Of a stretch of DNA of 64,000 bases, positions 51,800 to 64,000 are shown in pieces. Below the pieces are notes generated by a model. It searched no databases, was not told the DNA's origin, and saw nothing but the letters and a program-made list of their open reading frames with translations. The DNA lies in NCBI RefSeq assembly GCF_004010195.1, contig NC_057720.1, forward strand, positions 2,051,701 to 2,115,700, given 5' to 3'. The stretch is from Chiloscyllium plagiosum. Taxonomy: Eukaryota. Each line of letters opens with the position of its first letter. Position 1 is the stretch's first letter. The position numbers were made by a program, and so were the translations under genes.

Positions 51800-52112
51800 G
51801 TAGGTTTGCACTGTTAACTGATGATTCATAAAATGATTAATTCTTGGGGCAGGAATTAGAGTCTTAACTTACGGAAGCACCACCTCAAGCAAGACTACAG
51901 CAACCCGTTTTACAAGTGCAACAGGTTTATCTCTTCACTAAAGTGCATTGAGTTGAGATTATTTACATAATACAAAAAATTAAAACAATATGTTAAATGA
52001 ATTCCAGTCACTTATGGCAATCTGCAGTATACTTCTGGTAGAAATGACCCAATCAATTCCATTCTGACTGGGACTGGTTCCAGCATTGTCTGTCATGTGT
52101 TTATTTTATAGG

Positions 52113-54460
52113 GTCATAGAGATGTATAGCACAGAAACAGACCCTTAGGTCCAACTCGTCCATACCCACCAGATATGCCAACCCAATCTCGTCCCATCTG
52201 CCAGTATCTGGCCCATGTCCCTCCAAACTCTTCCTATTCATCTACCCAACCAGATGCCTGTTAAATGTTGCATTGTGCTCGTCTCCATCACTTCCTCTCT
52301 CCAGTTCATTCCATACACACACCACCCTCTGTGTGAACAAGTTGCCCCTTAGCTCTCTCTTATATCTTTCCCCTCTCACCCTAAACTTATGCTCTCTAGT
52401 TCTGGACTCCCCCATCCCAGAGAAAGGACCTTGCCTATTTACCCTATCCATGCCCCTCATGATTTTATAAACCTCTATAAGATCATCCCTCAGCCTCCGA
52501 CACTCCATGGAAAACAGCCCAAGCCTATTCAACCTCTCCCTGTAGCTCAAATCCTCCAACCCTGGCAACATCCTTGTAAATCTTTTCTGAACCCTTTCAA
52601 GTTTCACAACATCCTTCCGATAGGAAGGAGACCAGAATTGCATGCAATATTCCAACTGTGGCCTAACCAATGTCCTGTACAGCCGCAACATGACCTCCCA
52701 ACTCCTGTACTCAATATTCTGACCAATAAAGGAAAGCCTTCTTCACTATCCTATCTACCTGTGACTCTACTTTCAAGGAGCTGTGAACCTGCACTCCAAG
52801 GTTTCTTTGTTCGACAGCACTCCCTAGGACCTTACAATTAAGTGCATAAGTCCTAATTTTGCTTTCCCAAAATGCAGTACCTTGCATTTATCTGAATTAA
52901 ACTCCATTTGCCACTTCTTAGCCGATTGGCCCATCCAGTCAAGACACTGTTGTAATCTGAGGGAACCTTCTTCGCACTTCACTACACCTCCAATTTTGGT
53001 GTCATCTGTAAACTTACTAACTGTACCTCTTAAGTTCACATACAAATAATTTATATAAAATGAAGAAAAGTAGTGGACCCAGCACCGATCCTTATGACAC
53101 TCCACTGGTCACAGGCCTCCAATCTGAAAACCAATCCTCCCCCACCACCCTCTGTCTTTTACCTTTGAGCCAGTTCTGTATCCAAATGGCTAGTTCTCCC
53201 TGCATTCCATGAGATCTAACCTTGCTAACCAGTCTCCCATGGGGAACCTTGTCAAATGCCTTACTGAAGTCCATATAGATCATGTCCACTGCTCTGCCCT
53301 CATTAATCCTCTTTGTTACTTCTTCAAAAACTCAATCAAGTTTGTGAGACATGATTTCCCACGCACAAAGCCATGCTGACTATCCCTAATCAGTCCTTGC
53401 CTTTCTAAATACATGTGCATCCTGTCCCTCAGGATTCCCTCCAACGACTTGTCCACCACTGAAGTCAGGCTATAGTTCTATAGTTCCCTGGTTTGTCCTT
53501 ACCACCTTTCTTAAATAGTGGCACCACATTAGCCAACCTCCAGTCTTCCGGCACCTTACCTGTGACTATCTTGCCTTTCCAAACACACGTACACCCTGTC
53601 CCTCAGGAGTCCCTCCAACAACTTGCCCACCACTGACATCAGGTTCACCAGTCTGTAGTTCCCTGGCTTGTCCTTACCACCCTCCTTAAACAGTGGCACC
53701 ACATTAGCCGACCTCCAGTCTTCCGGCACCTTACCTGTGACTATCGATGATACAAATATCTCAGCAAGAGGCCTAGCAATCACTTGCCTAGTTTCCCACA
53801 GAGTTCTCGGGTACACCTGATCAGGTCCTACAGATTTATCCACTTTTATGCGTTTCCAGACATCCACCACTTCCTCCTCTATAATTTGGACATTTTTCAA
53901 GATGTCACCATCTATTTCCTTACATTCTATATCTTCCATGTCCTTTTCCACAGTAAATACTGATGCAAAATACTCATTTTGTACCTCCCCCATCTCCTGT
54001 GGTTCCACACAAAGGTCATCTTCCTGATCTTTGGGGGTTGAGTGTGTGATGCTGGAAAAGCACAACAGGTGCAGAGGAGGAGAATCGACATTTCAGGCAT
54101 AATCCCTTCATCATTATGCCCAAAAGGTCAATTCTCCTGCTCCTTGGATGCTGTCTGACCTGCTGTGCTTTTCCAGCACCACACTCTCGACTCTAATCTC
54201 CAGCATCTGCAATCCTCACTTTCTCCTAGTTTGATCTTTGAGCGGCCCTATTCTCTCCCTAGTTACCATTTTGTCCTAAATGTATTTGTAAAAACCCTTT
54301 GGATTCTCCTTAATTCTATTTGCCAAAGCTATCTCATGTCCCCTTTTTGCCCTGCTGATTTCTCTCTTAAGTATACTCCTACTGCCTTTATACTCTTCTA
54401 AGGATTCACTTGATCTATTCTGTCTATACCTGACATATGCTTCCTTCTTTTTCTTAACCG
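52113..54460 (-). mobile_element. CR1 ORF2 to 3' tail in ACADM intron 5, with an internal ~175-bp duplication and a fold-back PLE insertion
   Basis: ORFs 53556-54065, 53092-53289, 52824-53105, 52242-52691. Confidence 0.9.
54034..54231. mobile_element. Fold-back PLE mini-element (family A)
   Basis: Minus arm ~54037-54113 joined to plus arm ~54114-54228. TSD tgatctttg at 54025-54033 and 54232-54240. Confidence 0.85.
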
Positions 54461-55639
54461 AACTCTTCCTTCTTCTTCCAGATTTCTCTCCTCTTCTCAA
54501 TGAAGTATCACAAATGCAGAAAGGCCAAGTACCTTGCCAAGTGGCTGTTCTTGGTGTGTTTTTAAAAGTCCATTTCCTAGATGTGGATAGCCATACCCAT
54601 TTTTGCCTGTTTCTGTCTGCCATGAGAGAAGATGGTGGATGTCCTCATTGATTTCCTGCAGGGCATATGTTGTACTTATTCCAACAGTGCTGTTTAGAAA
54701 GGAATTTCAAGGCCTTGACCCAGAATGGAGAAATAATTCCAAGTCAGAATAGACATAACCTACCAAGCAGGAGAAAACCATATGGCCCAGTGAGCTTGCT
54801 TCACCATTCACTTTGATCCTTCATTTCAATGTACAACATTTAAAAGGCATTTGGATGGATATATGAATAGGAAGAGTTTGGAGAGATATGGGCCGGGTGC
54901 TGGCAAGTGGGATGAGATTAGGTTAAGATATCAGGCAGGATGGACAAGTTGGACCGAAAGGTCTGCTTCTGTGCTGTACATCTCTATGACTCTCTGTTTT
55001 TTAAAAAAATACCCTCAAATCTCCCCTCAGCCTTGGACCCAATCTTTGCTAGTTATTTTTCCCCTAGTCCCACCACCTCTGCACAGCAGAAACACCACCA
55101 CCTGATTGTTCCCCTCCAAACCTCTCACTTGGAAATAGATTGTCATTCCTTTAGAGTCAAAATCCTGGACCTCAGTCTGAGCATTGTGTATGCACTTATA
55201 CTCCATGGACTACAGTGATTCAAGAAGCTGACTCACCACCTCTCTCTGAAGGGCTGAGGGATAAACATTGACATTGTCAGCAACACTCATCGCCATTGAA
55301 GGAAAAGACAATCTCTCTCCTCTGGGTATATGTAGAGTCATAGAGATACATATCATGGAACATAGATGGGTGAAAATGAGGACTGCAGATGCTGGAGATC
55401 AGAGTCAAAACGTGTGGTGCTGGAAAAGCACAGCAGATCAGGCAGTATCCGTGGAGCAGGAGAGTTGATGTTTCAACCATCATGAAAATAGATCCTAATG
55501 TGACTAAGATTGAAATGGTGCTCTGGAATAGTGAGACTTTTAAAAATTGTTTATTTTCTTTTAGAAATTTTATGGTTAGTTTAGCAGAATTTCTTTGACA
55601 TTGCACAACACTTCTAACTTGTGCCTTTCACTTTTCAAG

Positions 55640-55720
55640 CAAATGCCAGTAATCCTCGCAGGCAATGAGGCACAGCAGAAGAAGTACTTGGGACGAATGT
55701 CTGAGGCTCCGTTGATGTGT
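55640..55720 (+). CDS. ACADM: ACADM exon 6 ([27 protein letters not shown])
   Basis: cttttcaag|CAA...TGT|gtgagt; 81 bp. Confidence 0.96.
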
Positions 55721-55783
55721 GTGAGTGTAGCTAAATATAATGGTTCACAAAATCATTCACTGCCAAAACAAAATCCGCTGTAA

Positions 55784-55981
<198 letters not shown>

Positions 55982-56264
55982 TGATGATAACTTTAATTAT
56001 TATTAACAGGAGGTTCACTGGGTTGATTCCAGAGTTGAGGGTTGGTTTATGAGGAGGGACTGAGCAGACTGGGATTATATTCATTGGAATTTAGAAGAAT
56101 GAGGGGGTATCATATAGAAACATATAAAATTATGAAGGGAATAGATAAGATAGAAGTTGAGAGGTTGTTTCCACTGGCAGGTGAGACTAGAACAAGAGGG
56201 CATAGCCTCAAACTTAGGGGGAGCAGAGTTAGGACTGAATTGAGGAGGATTTTCTTCACCCAGA

Positions 56265-57900
56265 ATACGTTGTATACGTGTTTTTCCTCGGCTTCTTGTA
56301 GTTCCTGGGTGCTGCAGTGTGTTGTACCTCATTTAAATAATGTTCTGATGCAGCATGGTTTGTGGGTGTTGGGATGATTGCTCCTGTAGTTGAGTATCTG
56401 GTCAGTGTGTGTGGCTCTCCTGTAGACGCTAGTCTGTAGCTCTCCATTGGCTATTCGTTCTACCGTGAAGCCTAGGAAGGGGAGTCTGTAGTTGTTCTCT
56501 TCCTCTTTGGTGAACTTCACACCAGTAAGGATGTTGTTTATGTGTTTGTGGATTTCTTCTAATTTGTTGTGTTTTGTGATGACAAAGGTATCATCCATAT
56601 AGTGGACCCAAAGCTTGGGCTGGATCGTGGGAAGGGCTGTTCATTCTAACCTCAACGTAACTGCTTCTGCTAAGAGTCCTAATATTGGTGATCCCATAGG
56701 CGTCCTGTTGGTTTGTTTGTAGATCTTGTCATTGAAGGTGAACTGGGTTGTGAAGTACAGGTCTAACAAGGATGCTGTCCTTGCTGATGGAGTTGGTGCT
56801 GTCAGGTGTTTATGTCCTTGGTTCATCTAGCAGTGAGGCCAGTGTTTCTTTGGTTAGGGTGATGTTTATTGATGTGAATAGGTCCGTCACATCGAAAGAA
56901 ACCATGACCTCGTCGTTCTCTACCTTGGTGTCTTTATGATGTTAAGGAATTCCTGGGTGGAGTGGATAGAGTCTTTTCATTGTCTTGGTCCGCTGTGTAG
57001 TGTTGATGACTTATTCTAGTATACTTGTCCACTTATGGTCAGTCGGGTTAGTGTACAGAGTTTTTTGGCGCGACATTTCTTGTTCGTATTTGTGGAGTCG
57101 GTTGTGGGCATCATTTATCATTTCGCGTAGCACCCTGCAGCCTTTCTGTCCTGCTGTTCTTCTGGTTTGTGGGGTGTTGAGAGGTTGTTTGTATTTGACA
57201 CATCGTGGTAATACCTGTTTCCTGAGGCATTTGTATAGATTCGTGTAGGATGTACAGTTGTTGGCAGGTGCACTCAGTCAGATGACATCGGTTTCCTATG
57301 TTTGGGCTAATTTGAATGTATTATGCCCATAAATGTTTGCAACTTTACAGAAGATTTGTAGCTCAGGTTGTGGATCAGGTTGTAAGTTTGCTTGCTGAGC
57401 TGGTAGATTTTTCTCAAACGTTTTGTTGCCATGCTCGGTTGCATCAACAGAGCCTCCGATGAAGCACTAGTGGAAACTAGCCACCAGGATATTTGAGCAC
57501 CAAAAGACATGACCCTCTTTCACTAGTATCCGTACACACAGATGAAGAGGGACACCAGTCCGACTGGGACAATGCATCCATCCTGGGACAGGCTAAACAA
57601 AGACACGCACAGGAATTCCTAGAAGCCTGGCATTCAGACTGGGACTCCATTAACAAACATATTGATTTGGACCCCGTTTACCAACCTCTAAGAAAAAGAA
57701 CCAGAAGTGATATCACCCACCACAATAGACCAAGTTATACAAATAGAAAGCGGGACAGAACACCAGCACTTCATTGGAGGCTCACTAATGATGTCACCTA
57801 GTGTGGTGGCGAAACATGTGAGAAAACCCTACCAGCTCAACGAGCAAATCTATAGCCTGATCCACAACCTGAGCTACAAATCATCTCTAAATTTGCAAAT
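56265..57900. mobile_element. Rearranged PLE (family C) in ACADM intron 7: minus-strand pLTR + RT, then plus-strand endonuclease end + pLTR
   Basis: Minus: FTFNDKIYKQ...PMGSP; YMDDTF...LPFL...TSVYRRATHTDQILNYRSNHP (PLE-type RT). Plus: ILGQAKQRHAQEFLEAWH. ~57335-57470 and ~57765-57900 are inverted copies with decayed hammerheads. Confidence 0.85.
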
Positions 57901-58339
57901 ACTACTCATGTTGCTAATGCTTTTTAAAAATTCATTCACGGATGAAGATATCGCTGGCTGGGCCAGCATTTATTGCCCATCCCTAATTACCCAGAGGGCT
58001 GCTGAGAGTCAACCACATCGCTTTGGGTCTGAAGTCATGTAGGCCAGACCAGGTAAGGATGGCAGTTGCCTTCCCCAAAGGACATTCGTGAACCAGATGG
58101 GTTTTTCCGACAATTGACAATGGATTCATAGACTCTTAATCCCCGGTATGGTATTGAATTGAAGTTCCACCGTCTGCCATGCCACGATTCAAACTCGGGC
58201 CCCCAGAACATTACCTGGGACTGTGGATTAATAGTCCCAGAGCTCAGCCGTTATCTCCCCTTGCATAGTAGTGTAAAAGAGCTTCATGCATTGCTCAAAC
58301 TTTGAAATAATTTGCTCTTCCAGGGTAGTCTGAGGTAGA

Positions 58340-58910
58340 CCGAGAACTCTTCTGAAGTAGACATCACAACTTTAGGCTCCTGTATGAGTTTGCACAATAT
58401 ACAGTGAGCAGTAATGTGACTGAGGAGCCAATACCCTGCAAGATAGCTTTGAATCTCCCAATGTAGGCATCAAACTTGTAGAGTGAGCAAATAGCTCAGG
58501 CCATATTTATACAATTGCTGATCTTATAGTGTGTGGAACTGCAGGAATCCGTGTATGCATCTTGACCGCAGAAGGTGGGCTTGCAGTCAACAGTAGTGGA
58601 AAACTCATTAATGGATTTCTGAACAAGTGGGTTGACAATAGGGAGCATTTTGAATGTTAATTTGAGCACAGGATGCAGACCATTGAAACGTGAGGAAATT
58701 GTTCCATACACCTGCAGATTCAAGTATAGCAAACTTGCCTGTGTATTGAAAATATGAAGGAGGTAGGAGGTGAGAGGTCAGTTCATCAATGATGCGGTTC
58801 TCATGGAAGCTGAAGATGTTAGTGCAAACTGGGCTCCAAGGGGTCCCTGTGACAACAGCACCCATTTAGGTGTAAATGGTTCATGAAACAGATAGTTTCC
58901 TCTTCAAACA
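58340..58910 (-). mobile_element. Very old PLE-type RT remnant
   Basis: GTPWSPVCTNIFSFHE...SYFQYTGKF; FNGLHPVLKLTF...FSTTVDCKPTFCG. Confidence 0.6.
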
Positions 58911-60114
58911 TTGTTTCCCTTTCAACTTTTATTTTGGGATTTACTTCCCCCACTCTTTTAGTCGTGAATCTTTGGAATTCTCTATGCCAGTCATTCTGTT
59001 AATTCGAGACCGAGATCAATAGATTCTTGCTTGAGGTATCTGAGGATAGAGCATAGAATAGGATTGAGATATAAGATCAGCCATAATCTTACTGAAGAGC
59101 TGAACAAATTCAAGAGGCTCTTCCTCTTATTGGTTACATTTTTCTTTTGCTGGGTAATATCTGTCAAAGTGAAGATGTTCTCTGGAAGATTTCTTCACTG
59201 TTTAATTATCACAATGATTTGATCAACAACTCCCTGCCATCTCCGGAGGTGGACTAAGACATTTCAAGTGCGAGTATGCAAAGCAAGGAGGTTCTCACCG
59301 ATATAGAGACTTCTAGAAACAGAAACAGAAGTTGCTGGAAAAGCTCAGCAGGTCTGGCAGCATCAGTGAAGAGAAATTAGAGTTAACATTTCGGGTCTGA
59401 TTACTCTTCCTCAAAACTGATAATATCTGTTTTTCTTTCCCCCATAACCCTCCAAGTTGTTTCTATTTAAATAATGCCTTTTTGATGCCTTCCAGGTAGT
59501 GCATTCCAGCTCCTGAATACTCACTAGATGGAAAAGGTTTTTTTTCTCATCTCTCATTTCCTTCTTTTGCAAATCAGTTTAAAGCTGTGCCCTCTTGTTT
59601 TTGGTCCCGTTTCAGTAAATCTCCTCCACGCTGTCTCCAAGGCATGGCATTCTTCTTCATGTGGAGTCCAGAACTGGACATGGTCATCTAGCTGGGCCCA
59701 AACCAGTGATTTATGAAGATTTGTATTTCTGTGATAGCTTTTTAAAAAAGAAGTTTTGAGGCTCTAAATTAAACTGCAGGCCTCACCTACAGTCATAATG
59801 TGAACTAACATTTTGGGGAGTTTGTGAATTGGAATCTCAGTCAGAGATGGGGCGTGGTAGCAAGGGATCTGGGGCAAGTAAACAATCTGAAGCTGAGCAA
59901 TCTCTAGGATGTTTGCAGCTTCTCTTTAATGACTTACTCAGGAAAGTGGCTTCATCGGGGCCTGGAGCTGTTACAGGATGCCCTCCAGCATTTCAGAGAC
60001 TAAAAGAGGAAACCAAAACCTCCTAACTGTAGAAAATAAGTTTCTTTAAAAAATAAAATTGGAGTGGATCATTTGCAAATGGTCAATCATTTTTAAATGT
60101 TTGTTTTGCTCCAG

Positions 60115-60223
60115 GTATTTTCTCCTCGCTCGCTCTGATCCAGATCCGAAAGCCTCTGCAGGCAAGGCTTTCACTGGCTTCATTGTAGATGCTGACTCAC
60201 CTGGAATCCAGATTGGAAGGAAG
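60115..60223 (+). CDS. ACADM: ACADM exon 8 ([36 protein letters not shown])
   Basis: ttttgctccag|G TAT...AAG|gtattt; 109 bp. Confidence 0.96.
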
Positions 60224-60259
60224 GTATTTAGCATGTGTTTTTATGCAGAAATGTTTCAA

Positions 60260-62215
60260 TGATTCAAAAGTTGACTGGAATAAACTGTTCACAGGTAAAG
60301 GGGCAACTGACAAGTGGGAGGATTTCAAAAGTGTGATAATTAGAGTTCAGAGGCATTATGTTCCTGTTAGAGTAAAAAGTACAGCTGGTAAGGTTAGAGA
60401 ACAGTGGATGAATGAAGATGTTGAGGTTCTAGTCAAGAATAAACATTCCGAGGTCGACATCTGGGATCAAATAAATCTCTTGAAGGATATAAAGAGTATA
60501 GGGGCATTCTTGAGAGGGGAATGAGATAGCCTTGGCAGATAATCCAAAAAGATTCTACAAGTACATTAAGAGCAAAATAGCAACTAGAGAGAGAGTAGGA
60601 CCTCTTAAAAATCAACAAGGTTATCTGTATGTTGAACCTGTATGGGAGAGATACCAAATGAATATTTCTAGTCTGTTTTTACTGTGGAGAAAGAAATAGA
60701 GACTAGAGAACCCAGGGAAACAAATATTGATGTTTTGAAAATTTCACATTACTCGAGAGGAAGTACTGGAGGTCTCCGAAAAAGGAAGTGTATAAATCTC
60801 CGGGACCTGATCATTGTGTCCCAGGATGTTGTGAGAAGTTAGGGAAGAAATTGCACGGCCCCTAGCAGAGATATTTGTATCATTTCTAATCATGGGTGAG
60901 GTATCGGCGGATTGGAGGGTGGCTAATGTTCTACCTTGTTTAAGAAAGGCTGTAAGAGAAGCCTGGGATCTAAGACCTGTAGGTCTGACATCGCTGGTGG
61001 GTAAGTTATTGGAGGTGGCTCTGAAAGATAGGATTTACATGCATTTGGAAAGGGAAGGACTGATTAAGGATTGTAAGCATTGTTTTGTGTGAGGGAAATA
61101 GTGTCTCATAAACTTGATGAGTTTTTTTGAGGAAATAACCAAAACGATTGAGGGAAGAGCAGTAAACTTCAGTTGATAAGGTTCCGCATGATAGACTAAT
61201 TAGTAATGTTAGATCATGTGGGATTGGGTGAGCTTGCCAATTGGATATGAAATTGGCTTGACAGTAGGAGACAGAGGGTGGTGGTGGAGGTTTGTTTATC
61301 GGACTGGAGGCCTGTGACTAGCAGTGTTCCACAGGGATCAGTACTGGGTCCACTTTTGTTTGCCATTTTTATAAATGATTTGGATGAGAATATAGGAGGC
61401 ATGGCTAATAAGTTTGTGGATGATGACAAAATTGGCGGTATAGTTGACAGTAAAGAAGGTTATCTAAGATTACAAAGAGATCTTGATCAAATGGCTCAAT
61501 GGGCTGAGGAATGGCAGATGGAGTTTAATTTGGATAAATGTGAGATATTACATTTTGGTAAAACAAATAGGGGCAAGACTTATACAATTAATGGTAGGAC
61601 CCTAAGGTAGTATTGTGGGACAATGAGACCTTGGGGTTCAGGTACATAATTCTTTGAAATTTACGCAGGTAGACAGGGTGGTTAAGAAGGTGTTTAGCAC
61701 ACTTACCTTCTTTGCTCAGAGCTTTGCTAATGGGGGTTAGGATGTCATGAGGTTGTATAGGGTATTGTTGAGATCTCCTCTGGTGTACTGTGCGGTTTTG
61801 GTTGCCCTATTATAGGAAGGATGTTATTAAATTGGAGAGGGTTCAGAAAGGACTTATTGGGGGGTGGGGGGGGTGGAGTTGAGTTATAAGAGGAGGTTGA
61901 AGGGTGACGCTGTAGTGCTTTATAAAATTATGACGTGCACAGATAAAGTGAATAGAAAGGGTCTTTTCCCTAAGGTGGGAAAGTTCAAAATGCAGCATAT
62001 TTTTGAGGTGGGAGGAGAAAGATTTAAAAAGAACAGGAAAGCAAAGTAATGGACGCAGGTACACTTACAGCGTTTAAAAGACATTTGGATAATGAATAGG
62101 AAAGATTTGGTGGGATATGGGCCAAACGGAGGCAGATGGGACTAATTTAGTTTGGGATCATGTTGAGCATGGACTGGTTGAACTGAAGGCTCTGTTTCCA
62201 TGCTCTATGACTATA
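60260..62215 (+). mobile_element. CR1 ORF2 to 3' tail in ACADM intron 8
   Basis: ORFs 60892-61092 and 61278-61610 ([18 protein letters not shown]); tail ctctatgact. Confidence 0.9.
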
Positions 62216-62458
62216 ATTTTGATGCACAATTTAAGTTGTGTAATCGATGAGCAGATGTACAAAGCAGTCACAAGCTCAGATTGAATGGTGAAGCTTTTCA
62301 ATACCTTTGAATACGTTCCTTCACAATACCAACATCTATCCTCCGCCCAGTGATTGTCTAATTAACCATTTTAAATATTGACAGAGAAACATGGCCATGC
62401 ATTAGCTCAACATGATGTCTGAATCTTTTTAATATTGACGTCAGTGTTGTTGGGCTAG

Positions 62459-62599
62459 GAGATGAACATGGGTCAGCGCTGTTCCGATACTAGAGGCATT
62501 GTCTTTGAAGATGTGCGAGTGCCCAAGGAGAATGTCCTCATTGGCGAGGGAGCTGGCTTCAAAATTGCAATGGGAGCGTTTGACAAAACCAGACCACCG
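62459..62599 (+). CDS. ACADM: ACADM exon 9 ([47 protein letters not shown]); gene continues beyond the window
   Basis: ggctag|GAG...CCG|gtgagt; 141 bp. Exon 3-9 lengths (98,70,101,81,131,109,141) equal those I recall for human ACADM. Confidence 0.96.
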
Positions 62600-62929
62600 G
62601 TGAGTAGGGTTTACAGCTGACTTAAATGTCTGGAATGTTGGGGTGAGGCATTGGAGGATGTATGAAGTATTCTCAGACAATTAGAAGTGACGTTTTAAAT
62701 GTTGAGTTGAATCTTTATTTGGAACAAAGCCACCACTTACACCGTGTGAGCGTCAGAAACAAACTCTGAAACAAAGCTTGTTTTATACAGTATGGAAATC
62801 TCAATGCTCAGTGTACACACTAAAAGCTGCAGAATGCTTTTGATGATTTTACCCACCCCACCCTTAGGCCAAATTCCATAAGATTACAAGATGCAAGAGC
62901 AGAGAGAATTCAACCATTTGATCCATCAT

Positions 62930-63231
62930 GGATTCCTTACAGTGTGGAAACAGGGCCTTTGACCCAACAAGTTCACACCGATCCTCCGTCCAGACCCATT
63001 CCCCTACCCTATTATCCTATATTTGCCCTAACAAATGCACATAACCTACACATCCCTGAACACTCTGGGCAATTTAGCCTGGCCAATTCACTTAACCTGC
63101 ACATCTTTGGATTGGGGGAGGAAACCCACGCAGACATGGAGAGAATGTGCAAACTCAACACAGTCGCCCAAGACTGGAATTGAACCTGAGTCTCTGGTGC
63201 TGTGAGGCAGTGCTAACCACTGAGGCACCAT
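62930..63231 (-). mobile_element. HE1-like V-SINE inserted in a CR1 3' end
   Basis: Reverse complement of head catggtgcctcagtggttagcactgcctcaca; V-domain present. Confidence 0.8.
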
Positions 63232-63239
63232 GCTCTGCT

Positions 63240-64000
63240 CTGCCATTCCGTCATGGCTAATAGTGTTTCTCAACCCCTTTCCCCGGCCTTCTCCCCATAA
63301 CCATCAATCCTCTTACCAATCAAAACTTGTCTATCTCTGAATTTTAATAAACTCAATTAATTGGCCTCCACAGCCTTCTCCAGCAATGAGTTCCACAGAT
63401 TTCCTCACCCTCTAGCTGAAGAAATTCCTCCTTGTGTCAGTTAGAAATGTTGGTCCCTGCACTATGAAGATGTGCCTACGATTGCTAGTCTCTCCTACCG
63501 GCGGAAACATTATCTTCACATTCACTCTATCAGGCCTCTCAGTATTCTGTAAATTTCAATCAGTTTCTCCCTCATCTTTCTAATCTCCAGGAATACAGAC
63601 CCAAAGTCCTCAACAGCTCCTCACATGACAAGCCCTTCACCCCCAGGATCATTCTTGTGAACCTCCTCTAGATCCACCCAAAGCCAGCACATCCTTCCTT
63701 AGATATAGGGTCCAACACCGCTCACAATATTCCGGATACGGTCTAACCAGATTCTTATACAGCCTCAGTAGTACTTCTCTGCTCTTGTATTCTAGCCCCC
63801 TTGAAATGAATATTAACATTACATTTGCCATCCAAATTGCCAACTGAACCTGCATGTTAACCTAAGAGAAAGCTGAACTAGGACTCCCAAGTCCCATTGT
63901 GCTACTGACTTCTGAAGCCTTTCTCTGTTTAAAATATCCTCTGTGCCTCTATCCTTTCTACCAAAGTGCATAACTGCACAAGTTTCTACATTGTATTCCA
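63240..64000 (-). mobile_element. CR1 3' part, truncated by window end
   Basis: ORF 63649-63855 (FISRGLEYKSREVLLRLYKNLVRPYPEYC). Confidence 0.85.

Noticed and set aside
60224..62458. U12-type intron to explain the weak acceptor
   Set aside because: Donor gtatttag is not GTATCCTT and no TCCTTAAC branch site is present.

Overview
Repeat-dense vertebrate genomic DNA. The repeat set (HE1-like V-SINEs, CR1/HER1-like LINEs, a Deu-like 33-bp minisatellite) points to an elasmobranch (shark); this is inference. The only host gene I can support is ACADM (medium-chain acyl-CoA dehydrogenase) on the + strand. Coding exons 2-9 lie at 43333-62599 with GT-AG boundaries and an open frame. Exon 1 is not seen and may lie in the N-gap at 31210-31906, just after a GC-box tandem repeat; exons 10 onward lie beyond the window. 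Most of the rest is decayed and nested retroelements: many CR1 LINEs (one near full length at ~5120-10050), SINEs, a solo LTR, a Tx1/L1 3' end, an RTE fragment and several Penelope-like elements (PLEs). The most notable structure is a set of roughly 20 PLE pseudo-LTR-derived segments in four sequence families. They carry minimal hammerhead-ribozyme motifs (CUGANGA-N-stemII-GAAA-[CG/GC]-UH) or pieces of them. Many are short ORF-less insertions with 8-14 bp target-site duplications (TSDs), often as inverted (fold-back) pairs. Two copies have an intact core (9284-9318 +, 30937-30971 -). Most others are disrupted, frequently by CpG-type mutations. PLE hammerheads are known in principle; whether these particular families are described needs a database check. 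Repeat boundaries are read by eye and approximate unless a TSD is quoted.
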